A stretch of DNA of 16,693 nucleotides from a virus (IMGVR_UViG_2563366923_000005); one strand, 5' to 3'. Positions 8,012-15,750 are shown, numbered from the stretch's first letter. The notes: generated by a model not told the origin, from the sequence alone. Numbers and translations are program-made.

Positions 8012-8034
8012 TTAATAACCCTCACATGTGTAAT

Positions 8035-10170
8035 TTATTCTTCTCCATCTTCCGCAACCTGGTGAAGCACATAAACGTTGATTTGACGCCCATCAATACG
8101 CGGGGATTTCTGCTGGTATCCACGCCCGCTGGACGGCTCAGAAAGCAAGCCAGCAGCGGCAAGCACGCGGGCAAACTGCCTGGCGTTAAAGCCCTGAGCT
8201 ATCTCCTTCTCAAACGTTGCGGGGAACGTATAGAACACCAGCGGCGAATCATCATGGCTGCTTTTGCGCTTTCGATACCCGGCCAGATCGCGAATCGGCA
8301 TACTGGACGGATCATAGGGCAACGGTGCAAAGCGGCTTAAACCGTAGGCATTCAGGAACGCCTCGCACTGCTCGATGATCTGCTGGTGCTCTTTGTTACC
8401 CGTGCCGAACTCTTTCACCCAGGCGTTAAAGCTATGCTGGATAGCGTCACGGCTGGCCTGTTCACTCCATCCGGTGATTGATGCACCAGTTACCAGCGCG
8501 GCTTCGAGGATTGCAAAGCGTTCGGCCACGCGGTGTACCTGCTCACCGTAATCCGCCGGGATGAGGCCGCGCCAGCGCGTTTGCGCGTCACGCACCGCCT
8601 GTTTAGCCTCCTGCTGGTTAGCCGCCAGCCATTTAACCCACTCACGCCCCGCCGCCCCGTGGTTATCAATCCAGGCTTCTTTCAGTGCGTCAGCATGAGC
8701 CTTGCCGTTTGGCAGACCGTTAAAGGCCGTCGATTTCTCCATAGGGATGTTGAGCAAGCGCACCAGTTGGCCCGCTTTCACTTTCAGCCCACCAGCAGCC
8801 AGGAAGGTTTCAATATCCATTTCCCCGGTGCTGATCGCCACAGTGCGCCAGCGTTTAAGCTCCCGATTGCCGCCCTCTTTGGCTCCCTGCAACTTTCCGG
8901 CACCGTTAAACAGGGTGTAAGCAGACGTGGCAACATCTTTGGCACTGCTGCCCTGTCCTACCTCATCAAGCGGTAACAGGCTGTCGTTATGCGCCTCCGC
9001 TTCGTTTGCTATGCCAAGCGCAGTACCGTACCAGGTAAGCCGCAACGCATCAGGCTCACCCCACAGGCTGCTCGCAATATTGGCGGTAGTGGTCTTACCG
9101 GCGCTCGACTGCTCGAACAAATGGACGCCGAAACCATCAGCACCCACCAGGCCAATAAGCGGCGCGGATAATGCCGCTGCCACGCCCAGCATCATGGACG
9201 GATTGCCCCCGGCCAGACGGGCGACGGAATCCCGCCAGGTGGCAGCAGTACCAGCAATGGCATACCCGGAAGATGCAGCGCTGCGACCGTTAAAGAGAAT
9301 GGGCGTCTCTGGATCACCAATCACTTCACCATCAGGCATGATATATGCGCCATGATGCCAGCCAGTGGTATGGGTGATAATCCATTCCCGATCAGTGCCG
9401 CTTTGCTGCAACCAGTCGGCCAGAATCGCCCGGAAGGTGCTTTTAGTGGTCACATTCACCCCACCAGCTTTAAGTGAGCGCCAGCCGTCGCGCTCACCGA
9501 TATCAGCACAGGGGATCGCCCTGGTAATATCTTCATGGCCACGCGGCGAACGCCAGCGCAAAACAAGATAGCGCTCTGCCCCGTCACTACCGGAGCCGAC
9601 CACCTCAAGAGGCGAGCACAGCCACGTTTCGTTATTGATGATCTCGCCACTATCCTTGTCCACCTTTGGCGTGATCCAGTACAGGCCATCGCTCCGGCTC
9701 TCCACGCGGGGTTTGAGTTCATCGCCCGGTTCAGGCTTTGGCTCCCGTTTTTTTACAGGCAGGTTCACCACAATGCTTTCCCCGCGTTCGGCCTCTTCTT
9801 TGAGACGTGGAAGCCTGCCCGTCCAGTCCTCCTTCGGCTGAGGCTCAAACATGCCATTAAACAGCCTGGCCTCTTTCACATCCGCCAGCGCCAGTTTGGT
9901 TGCGATAGTGCTTATCTGCATTTCGGAAAGTTCGCCAGCGCGGATCACACGAACACTGCGACGGCCGTTATCAACAATGTTTAACCGTTCCAGTTCCGCA
10001 AGTTGCCTTTTACCCAGATAAACAGGCGGTACATCATCCCATGCCCTTTTACCTTCGCTCTCGATCCAGTGCTGCACATGTGAATAGGCATCTTCACCCG
10101 CAAAGATAATCGCCTCTGTAAATTTATCTTTCGGCAGGAATTTAATATTCGGGGCATTCTTCATCTTCAT
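8035..10170 (-). CDS. Replication initiator / primase-helicase (DUF927-type P-loop NTPase)
   Basis: 711 aa with Walker A motif FEQSSAGKTT. Size and position (last gene of the operon, next to the iterons) match satellite or PICI Rep proteins. AAGGTG RBS; start overlaps the upstream gene's stop (ATGA). Confidence 0.85.
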   Translation of the reverse strand: MKMKNAPNIKFLPKDKFTEAIIFAGEDAYSHVQHWIESEGKRAWDDVPPVYLGKRQLAELERLNIVDNGRRSVRVIRAGELSEMQISTIATKLALADVKEARLFNGMFEPQPKEDWTGRLPRLKEEAERGESIVVNLPVKKREPKPEPGDELKPRVESRSDGLYWITPKVDKDSGEIINNETWLCSPLEVVGSGSDGAERYLVLRWRSPRGHEDITRAIPCADIGERDGWRSLKAGGVNVTTKSTFRAILADWLQQSGTDREWIITHTTGWHHGAYIMPDGEVIGDPETPILFNGRSAASSGYAIAGTAATWRDSVARLAGGNPSMMLGVAAALSAPLIGLVGADGFGVHLFEQSSAGKTTTANIASSLWGEPDALRLTWYGTALGIANEAEAHNDSLLPLDEVGQGSSAKDVATSAYTLFNGAGKLQGAKEGGNRELKRWRTVAISTGEMDIETFLAAGGLKVKAGQLVRLLNIPMEKSTAFNGLPNGKAHADALKEAWIDNHGAAGREWVKWLAANQQEAKQAVRDAQTRWRGLIPADYGEQVHRVAERFAILEAALVTGASITGWSEQASRDAIQHSFNAWVKEFGTGNKEHQQIIEQCEAFLNAYGLSRFAPLPYDPSSMPIRDLAGYRKRKSSHDDSPLVFYTFPATFEKEIAQGFNARQFARVLAAAGLLSEPSSGRGYQQKSPRIDGRQINVYVLHQVAEDGEE

Positions 10171-10535
10171 CAGTGCAACACCTTATTGGACATATCCGCG
10201 CCCAGGTCTTCATGCAGGTACTCAAGGTGGCAGCTTTTCACTATCTGCAACCCCATTTCGTTAATATCGCCATCGTCGGTAAAGCAGGTCAGCAGAATAT
10301 CCCGCAAACGCCTTAACCCCTCATCGCGCCCGAACTCTTCAAAGCAGCCAAAAATCATATACTTCATCAATACGTTTTCAGTTACGCGCGGCTCCAGCGT
10401 GAAGCGATAGCGGGCCATATACTTATCGCTTTCCACCAGCAAGGTTGCCGAACCGGTTTCCGCTGTCTGGTGAGCAATACAGGCTTCGGTCAGTTTGCGG
10501 AACAATGGGCCTATCACTTCAAAAATATCGGTCAT
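10170..10535 (-). CDS. Hypothetical protein (replication-operon member)
   Basis: 121-aa ORF; its stop overlaps the rep start and its start overlaps the upstream gene's stop. No recognisable motif. Confidence 0.6.
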   Translation of the reverse strand: MTDIFEVIGPLFRKLTEACIAHQTAETGSATLLVESDKYMARYRFTLEPRVTENVLMKYMIFGCFEEFGRDEGLRRLRDILLTCFTDDGDINEMGLQIVKSCHLEYLHEDLGADMSNKVLH

Positions 10536-10900
10536 TGTGGGATACCTCCGCTCATCTGAAATTTGCCAAGTAATGGGTGATACCAGTATGCAGAGCCATA
10601 TTTGCGCTTAGCACTGCGCAGCACCAACCGTGCCGCTTCCCTGAACTTTTCATCAGGTGCAACGAACCCGCCTGATTTCAGTTTAACCAGCATCACCCCT
10701 GTGTTTTTCGCCAGCTCCTCAGCCTTTTTGGTTGAGATACCGTATTCAGCAGCCAGTGTTGCTACTGGCGTCATACCCGGAGGGATTTCTCCGCCCTGAC
10801 TATCGGTAAGTGATTTAACCTGAGCCTCAAGGCGCAAGACCTTCTCAACCAGCAGATCAACGCGGTTAGCCAGTTCGTTAAACTTCACATTGCTGATCAT
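10532..10900 (-). CDS. Hypothetical protein, possible DNA-binding (HTH-like segment)
   Basis: 122 aa with an N-terminal coiled-coil-like region and a possible helix-turn-helix (TPVATLAAEYGISTKKAEELAK). Start ATG overlaps the upstream stop (ATGA). Confidence 0.6.
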   Translation of the reverse strand: MISNVKFNELANRVDLLVEKVLRLEAQVKSLTDSQGGEIPPGMTPVATLAAEYGISTKKAEELAKNTGVMLVKLKSGGFVAPDEKFREAARLVLRSAKRKYGSAYWYHPLLGKFQMSGGIPQ

Positions 10901-11124
10901 GGTCTTGCCTCCTGAGTTTCAGGGTCTGAAAAAGTAGAAATATCCAGTGAGTTTGCCAGTTCGTCAGAAAGGCGCTGAGCCAGGTGCGTTAAACTCATAA
11001 CATGGATACGCTCCGCCTCCCCCTTGATAGTTGAAAGGTAAGCAGCACATGACATGAGCGCAGCAACCTCTTGCGCCAGCAACAGCAAATCTTTTTTGCT
11101 GCGGTAGGTGTAAAAGTTATCCAT
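10897..11124 (-). CDS. Hypothetical small protein
   Basis: 75 aa from ATG at 11122-11124 (MDNFYTYRSKK). The track extension to 11184 overlaps the upstream gene and is judged less likely. Confidence 0.5.
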   Translation of the reverse strand: MDNFYTYRSKKDLLLLAQEVAALMSCAAYLSTIKGEAERIHVMSLTHLAQRLSDELANSLDISTFSDPETQEARP

Positions 11125-11314
11125 TGAGCGCCCCCTTTTTATCCTGCTCCAGCATAAAGGTGGCAATATCGCCAGAAATATCACGGGCCAGATCGATGAG
11201 GTTATCCCTCTCGTGACCTGAAATTTCGCAGTCTGAAATCACCAGAAGCAACGTTGCCAACTGACAAGCGCGGGACGTGGCTTTTTCTCTGCCAAGAGTT
11301 TCAATGTCATACAT
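11117..11314 (-). CDS. Hypothetical small protein
   Basis: 65-aa ORF whose start overlaps the Icd-like gene's stop. Part of a chain of overlapping start/stop codons. Confidence 0.5.
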   Translation of the reverse strand: MYDIETLGREKATSRACQLATLLLVISDCEISGHERDNLIDLARDISGDIATFMLEQDKKGALNG

Positions 11315-11519
11315 GTCGCACCTCCAGCATCTGAAATGCGTGGAACGGCAGGCGGGCAGCGAAAATAAGAGTTACGCCGGGCATGGTGTCGCGGGCTTCC
11401 CGTTCACTGGATGCGTTGACGTAAATCACCAACGGTTTGGCGGTAGGGTAGCGCTCAGAGGCGGAGAGAAAACGCCATGTAAATTCAGGGCGAGTTTGGG
11501 TAGACTGATTGTCAGCCAT
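11307..11519 (-). CDS. Icd-like small protein (P4/P1 family, putative cell-division inhibitor homolog)
   Basis: 70 aa from ATG at 11517-11519 (MADNQSTQTRPEFTWRF...FAARLPFHAFQMLEVRHV) with GAGGT RBS. The FTW and FAARLP pattern matches Icd-like proteins of P4-like elements as I recall them. The 250-aa track ORF is a spurious upstream extension. Confidence 0.55.
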   Translation of the reverse strand: MADNQSTQTRPEFTWRFLSASERYPTAKPLVIYVNASSEREARDTMPGVTLIFAARLPFHAFQMLEVRHV

Positions 11520-11709
11520 AACTGTTACCTCACTTAACGGTTTGTGGTCAGAGGCCCGGTTAGTGTTCCTAGCACTACCGGGCTTCGCACTTGAAAGGTG
11601 TATGTCACCTTTAATATTCAAACTAGCCCAAAGTGAAATACACTTCAAGCCTTTTTCTTTTATTTTTTTTGCGTATACTGAAATACACCTAACATAAGGA
11701 GTTTCAGTA
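11520..11709. promoter_or_regulatory. Divergent promoter / operator region
   Basis: Bulged palindrome GCCCGGTTAGTG-N7-CACTACCGGGC (11554-11583); 7-bp inverted repeat AAAGGTG-N5-CACCTTT (11594-11612); direct repeat TGAAATACAC at 11634-11643 and 11679-11688, the second next to a TATACT -10-like hexamer (11674-11679); long T tract at 11651-11670. Confidence 0.45.
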
Positions 11710-11895
11710 ATGGCAACAGGTGCGAAGAATGCAAAGTCACAAATGACCACAGTTCGAATCCCCCATGATGTGATGGAAGATATCGAACTTTTTAAACATG
11801 AAGGTGAAAGTACCGCAGGGTTTCTTGTCACTGCTGCGAAAGGCGAAATCAAACGCCGCCAGCGCCAAAAGGCAAAAGAAGAGCCAAAATCCTGA
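11710..11895 (+). CDS. Small ribbon-helix-helix-like DNA-binding protein (putative island regulator)
   Basis: 61-aa ORF with AAGGAG 9 nt upstream. TTVRIPHDVMEDIELFKHEGESTAGFLVTAAKGEI fits a beta-strand plus two helices (RHH/Arc-like), followed by a basic tail. Divergent from the replication operon. Confidence 0.55.
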   Translation: MATGAKNAKSQMTTVRIPHDVMEDIELFKHEGESTAGFLVTAAKGEIKRRQRQKAKEEPKS

Positions 11896-11902
11896 ATAAA
11901 AT

Positions 11903-11925
11903 CAGCGGGCGCAGAATTGCGCTGG
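11903..11925. terminator. Weak hairpin downstream of the RHH gene
   Basis: GCGCA-GAAT-TGCGC stem-loop (alternative CAGCG/CGCTG pairing) 8 nt after the stop codon. The U-tract is poor, so terminator function is uncertain. Confidence 0.25.
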
Positions 11926-12018
11926 CTCATTCTTTGACCACCAGCATTAACCCTGGTATGCTTAATCTGTTTCGGTTTTTCGTAGTGACATTGGCAGCTC
12001 TGCAAAGTTGCCTTTGTT

Positions 12019-12798
12019 TTATTCAGCGTCAGCATTCGGCACCTCCGGCAATACGCCACCAGCGATCAGTTTCTTCGTTAACCACTGCTCCCCCTTCCCC
12101 GTCAGCATCGTTGTGAATGAGGCTCTTACTTCGCCATTCGTTTCATACGTTCCCTGGCGAACGGCAAAATAACCGCTATCGATATAACGCTGCATAGGCA
12201 GGTTGTGGCGCTGGCCACCGTTGATGAGAATCCCCTGTTGCCTCATCCAGCCGAATAATTTGAAGGGGCCAAGCCCTACGGCTTTGGCATAGTTGGAAAT
12301 GGAAATACCCTTGCTGATCTCCGCAACGCGATCAGCGAAATCAACTTTTGGCGCAGCGGCCACCAGCCGGTTTTCAAGTTCGCTTGCCTTTTCGGCCAGA
12401 TCAGCAGCAAGGCGCAGGGCTTCCGGTAACGTCTGGGGGATATTAGCGGCGGCTTTTGCCTGGCGTTCGCAGTTGATGAAGTAGCGGCGCACCTCCCGCC
12501 CTTTTTCGTTGCGCTCAACCATTGCCAGCTCTTTACCCATGTCGATGGTGATCAGGTAATCATGTGCAATTTGTTGGCGATATTTTGCGCTCCCCGAAAC
12601 GGGGGCGCTCAAATTTTCAACCACCGTAAAATCTACACCAGCAGTAAAACCATACTGGCTGATACGCCCCTTAATCCATGTGGTGAAATCACGCCCAACG
12701 CCGAGAAACTCATGGAGTTTTTTTGCACTGACCAGCGATACCGTCACGCCGCCAATATTTCCGGGGTTAACCGGAACCAACTCATTTAATTTTTGCAT
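12019..12798 (-). CDS. Phage antirepressor (AntA N-terminal domain + KilAC C-terminal domain)
   Basis: 259 aa from ATG at 12796-12798. HDYLITIDMGKELAMVERNEKGREVRRYFINCERQ matches the AntA signature; C-terminal NLPMQRYIDSGYFAVRQGTYETNGEVRASFTTMLTGKGEQWLTKKL matches the KilAC/ANT pattern. Confidence 0.85.
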   Translation of the reverse strand: MQKLNELVPVNPGNIGGVTVSLVSAKKLHEFLGVGRDFTTWIKGRISQYGFTAGVDFTVVENLSAPVSGSAKYRQQIAHDYLITIDMGKELAMVERNEKGREVRRYFINCERQAKAAANIPQTLPEALRLAADLAEKASELENRLVAAAPKVDFADRVAEISKGISISNYAKAVGLGPFKLFGWMRQQGILINGGQRHNLPMQRYIDSGYFAVRQGTYETNGEVRASFTTMLTGKGEQWLTKKLIAGGVLPEVPNADAE

Positions 12799-12808
12799 AG
12801 CGCCCCCC

Positions 12809-13093
12809 TTACGCGGATTTACGGTTGTAAGGGGTGTTGACGTTCTCAACAGCAGGTGGATTGCGAACCCACCAAAGAACATCTGACAGAAGCCATGCGC
12901 AACTATTACGGCCAAAGTGGCAGCGTGGCGGGAATTTACCTTCGTTCTCCATATACCAGCGGGTGGAACGGGAAAGGCTGGTTATTTCGAAGCATTCACT
13001 TTCACGAATACGGCGATCAAACTTAATGCCATATTCTGCGAGAATGGTGCGGCGTTGTTCTGGTGTTGGCGGGGTAAAACGAGTATTTGACAT
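12809..13093 (-). CDS. alpA: AlpA-family transcriptional regulator (excisionase-like)
   Basis: 94 aa; LSRSTRWYMENEGKFPP...GRNSCAWLLSDVLWW fits the AlpA HTH pattern. GGAGGA RBS. Immediately upstream of the antirepressor gene. Confidence 0.8.
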   Translation of the reverse strand: MSNTRFTPPTPEQRRTILAEYGIKFDRRIRESECFEITSLSRSTRWYMENEGKFPPRCHFGRNSCAWLLSDVLWWVRNPPAVENVNTPYNRKSA

Positions 13094-13187
13094 ACTTCCT
13101 CCACTTAACGCAATCAGAAGGAGCCTTTCCTGTCTGTTCTTGCGTTGTGGGGGAAGTATTTGTCTAAAGTAAATTAATAAAAATGGC

Positions 13188-13264
13188 TTCTAAAATTTAA
13201 AAAGGCGTGTTTAATTCTAAAAAGGGTAATCTAATGATTAGAACACCCTTTCTAACGTTTAGAA
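13188..13264. repeat. Cluster of TTCTAA / TTAGAA hexamers in the alpA upstream region
   Basis: TTCTAA at 13188, 13215 and 13250; TTAGAA at 13238 and 13259, including TTAGAA-CACCCT-TTCTAA-CGT-TTAGAA. AT-rich 180-bp intergenic region. Confidence 0.3.
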
Positions 13265-13274
13265 GCTACTACAA

Positions 13275-14216
13275 TTAAAACTTAAAGTGCCTACTAATGT
13301 ATGAGGTAATTGTGTCAACGCTCTTGACCGGGCATTGTCCGTCAGGAAATAAGTGCACTCTGTCGGAAAGTTCTCTGGCCCATGCTGAGAAATTGTAGCT
13401 CCCATCTTTTTTCAAGCACTTTTCATTGAAAATATCAGAATTTGTTTCTTTGAATTTTATTGCAGCACTTAAAATTAATAGTTCATTTCGTGCATGTTTT
13501 TCTTTTGCACTTTCTGAGCGTTTATTAATACTATTTTTTGAATCAGAGTCTAAATCAGGTCGTTCAATATCATTGAGCATTGGCAGCTTATCGAAATCAA
13601 GGCCGCTTTCCATAAGCCGTTTAATATCATAATTAGTAACCCATAAATCATCATACCCGGCTTCAAACTCATAAGGGTCGAAATTAAACCTCTTGCCATT
13701 AGCCTGATCGATAAAAGGTTGGGCTGGCAGAATCTGAATTACTGGAGTTTCACCGCCTGTGAGGCACGGGAAAAATCCGGGGAAAAAATCCTTCACAGGT
13801 AAAGATGACTCAAACTGATCGGGCATTACCCGCCACAGACCTAATGCAAAGCCATATCCGACAAGGAACCCTTTACTTTCTTGTTCCGTAAAGATGTCTG
13901 AACCAGATAATAGTTTATCAGGTTCAAAATAACGGCCATTAGTAAATTCAATAAAAGAGTGATTCGTTATCGCGCGGGTTTGCCCTGACATAGAATTAAA
14001 AGTACGAGGAAAATATAGTGATGAATACCAATCCTTTACATCATTAAAATCTTCACGAAGAAGGATTCGGCAGTGAAACCTTTTCAGCATCATGCTTATT
14101 TCGATTTTATTTTCAATAGCAAGGTTGATCAAATCTGACGGTTCAACCCCCAGAAATGATGCACCTCTGGACAATCTACAATATGAAAATGGAATCTTTA
14201 TTTCTTTTTCTGCCAT
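13275..14216 (-). CDS. Hypothetical protein, AT-rich cargo gene between int and alpA (candidate defence / accessory function)
   Basis: 313-aa ORF with GAGGG RBS. 27% GC in a sampled 60 nt, far below the head genes. No family recognised by eye. Contains YDDLWVTNYDIK, a D-x8-D-x-K arrangement weakly reminiscent of a PD-(D/E)xK core. Confidence 0.65.
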   Translation of the reverse strand: MAEKEIKIPFSYCRLSRGASFLGVEPSDLINLAIENKIEISMMLKRFHCRILLREDFNDVKDWYSSLYFPRTFNSMSGQTRAITNHSFIEFTNGRYFEPDKLLSGSDIFTEQESKGFLVGYGFALGLWRVMPDQFESSLPVKDFFPGFFPCLTGGETPVIQILPAQPFIDQANGKRFNFDPYEFEAGYDDLWVTNYDIKRLMESGLDFDKLPMLNDIERPDLDSDSKNSINKRSESAKEKHARNELLILSAAIKFKETNSDIFNEKCLKKDGSYNFSAWARELSDRVHLFPDGQCPVKSVDTITSYISRHFKF

Positions 14217-14308
14217 AACGCTACCCTCAACGCCCCTAATTAACTTGCGAGCCAGGCGGGTAGGGTTTCCCGCTTTTCGGTTGGCCGACCTAGACTCGCA
14301 AGACCAGT

Positions 14309-15535
14309 TTAATCTCTATTCGCTACAGTTAACAGAACCACATTTTGATGATTACCCGCAAGAAGTTCTAAGCGATCATACCACTTATTCAGCGCGTCCA
14401 GTTTTTCCGGCAGATACAGACTACGGTTATAAATCGCCATAACCCCTGGCATTGAGTGGCCCAGCAACTGTTCAACAACGTGCGGAGCTATACCCATATT
14501 ATTCATATGCGTTGCAAGCGTTCGCCGTAGATCATGCAATGTCCACGGTTCAGAATGCCCCAGTTTTTTATAAACACTACGGCCCCACTGGCTAACCGCT
14601 TCGCTATTCTTCACAACCCCAAGAAGGTAGCCGGATGATTTTGTTTCATCGTGGAGCATTTCAATAAATGAACGCATCGCCTCTGGAACTGGACGCACAA
14701 TCTTTTCACCGCCTTTACTATGCGCTTTTGGTACTGTCCACACCCACGCCTCCATATCCCATTCGGCCCACTCTGACAATCTGGCCTCCTGGGTGCGGCA
14801 ACCAAACAAAGTGGTGATCCTGAGTAAGTTTGTGTAGTAAGGCAGAAAAACATCGCCGGACGATATAGCAGCCCACAATCCCCCAACCTCTTTATCTTTC
14901 AATACCCGATCTTTTTTCGCCTGCTTTTTACCAACATCGGGAATACTCAAATCTTCAAGGGCGGTACTGACGGCGTAACGGCGAACGCGGCAGAATTTCA
15001 GAGCCTGCTTACACATCTGGAATACATAACCCGCAGCAACTGGCGTTTTCTTTTTCATTCTGTCGAAGCAGTCAAGCCAGTATCGGGTTTCGCAGTCAGC
15101 GAGCGCCATTTTCCCAATGTAAGGGTAAATATGTTTGCGTAGCTCCGCTTTGTGCCGCTCAACGTTCGCACGATTTTCTTCCGCATATTCGCGTATCCAG
15201 TATTCGATAGCTTCCTGCACCGTGACCGGTTTAAGCGTTTCCTGAGTAGTTAGCGCCAATTGGTGCTTTGGGTCTTTACCAGAGGCCAACCACTGACGAC
15301 ATTTATCACGCGAGGAACGGGCCTCTTTGAGACTCATATCAGGGTAGCGCCCCAGAGTCAGCCGATGCAGCTTCTGCCCGTCGAGTCGGTAAGTAAACAC
15401 CCAGCTAATGCCACCAGCTTTCGTTACCTTAGCACTCAACCCGGCACCATCAGCATAAAACTCAATCTTACTGGCCGGGATGCCATGTAATCCCTTTAAC
15501 TTCCTGTCGCTCAGTTTGTTAAGTTCGCCAGCCAT
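14309..15535 (-). CDS. int: Tyrosine site-specific integrase (P4-type)
   Basis: 408 aa; C-terminal catalytic region with WTLHDLRRTLATHM, LLGHS and AIYNRS (R, H-x-x-R, Y). Lies at the element terminus next to the chromosomal junction. Confidence 0.9.
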   Translation of the reverse strand: MAGELNKLSDRKLKGLHGIPASKIEFYADGAGLSAKVTKAGGISWVFTYRLDGQKLHRLTLGRYPDMSLKEARSSRDKCRQWLASGKDPKHQLALTTQETLKPVTVQEAIEYWIREYAEENRANVERHKAELRKHIYPYIGKMALADCETRYWLDCFDRMKKKTPVAAGYVFQMCKQALKFCRVRRYAVSTALEDLSIPDVGKKQAKKDRVLKDKEVGGLWAAISSGDVFLPYYTNLLRITTLFGCRTQEARLSEWAEWDMEAWVWTVPKAHSKGGEKIVRPVPEAMRSFIEMLHDETKSSGYLLGVVKNSEAVSQWGRSVYKKLGHSEPWTLHDLRRTLATHMNNMGIAPHVVEQLLGHSMPGVMAIYNRSLYLPEKLDALNKWYDRLELLAGNHQNVVLLTVANRD

Positions 15536-15557
15536 AGACCACCACCCAGCCCAAAGT

Positions 15558-15578
15558 GTTTATACAAATGTTTATACA
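15558..15578. repeat. Tandem direct repeat GTTTATACA x2 (possible integrase arm-type sites / int promoter region)
   Basis: GTTTATACA at 15558-15566 and 15570-15578 (12-bp period), 23 bp upstream of the int start codon, within AT-rich DNA between int and the junction. Confidence 0.3.
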
Positions 15579-15708
15579 GAATTGCTTGCATAATAGCATA
15601 AACAACAAAAAGCACTGGAACAATATACAGTCACAATTTCATATAACCAATTGATTTTAAATAAAATATAAAAACCACCCCAAAGCATGAAAACAGCTAA
15701 TCTGACAG

Positions 15709-15723
15709 TACGGCATGAACTAA
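15709..15723 (+). other. fis: Displaced 3' end of fis (last 4 codons + stop); probable att core / right junction
   Basis: TAC GGC ATG AAC TAA encodes Y-G-M-N-stop, the Fis C-terminus as I recall it. The frame is closed just upstream by TGA at 15703-15705. yhdJ starts 85 nt downstream. Confidence 0.5.
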
Positions 15724-15750
15724 TTCAGGTTAGCTAAATGCTTGATTAAA

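Larger units (their letters stand above)
1..15708 (-). mobile_element. Integrated phage satellite (capsid-forming PICI-like / P4-like island); left end lies outside the window
   Basis: Contiguous minus-strand modules: integrase, AlpA, antirepressor, replication operon with iteron origin, then HK97-type capsid/protease/portal/connector/HNH/TerS/TerL. No tail or lysis genes. Right boundary placed just upstream of a displaced fis 3' fragment at 15709-15723. Confidence 0.7.

Noticed and set aside
8533-9984. Plus-strand ORFs antisense to the rep gene (8533..8976, 8927..9355, 9535..9984 and smaller ones)
   Set aside because: They lie entirely within the 711-aa rep coding region on the opposite strand, lack RBSs, and have the Arg/Pro/Ala/Ser-rich composition expected of antisense frames in GC-rich coding DNA.
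11307-12059. 250-aa minus-strand ORF as listed in the track
   Set aside because: Only the last 70 codons (from ATG at 11517-11519, with RBS) look like a gene (Icd-like). The upstream 180 codons cross the divergent promoter region and overlap the plus-strand RHH gene, with low-complexity Cys/Arg/Ser-rich sequence.
14611-14886. 91-aa minus-strand ORF inside int
   Set aside because: It is an alternative frame wholly within the integrase coding sequence, with no start signals.
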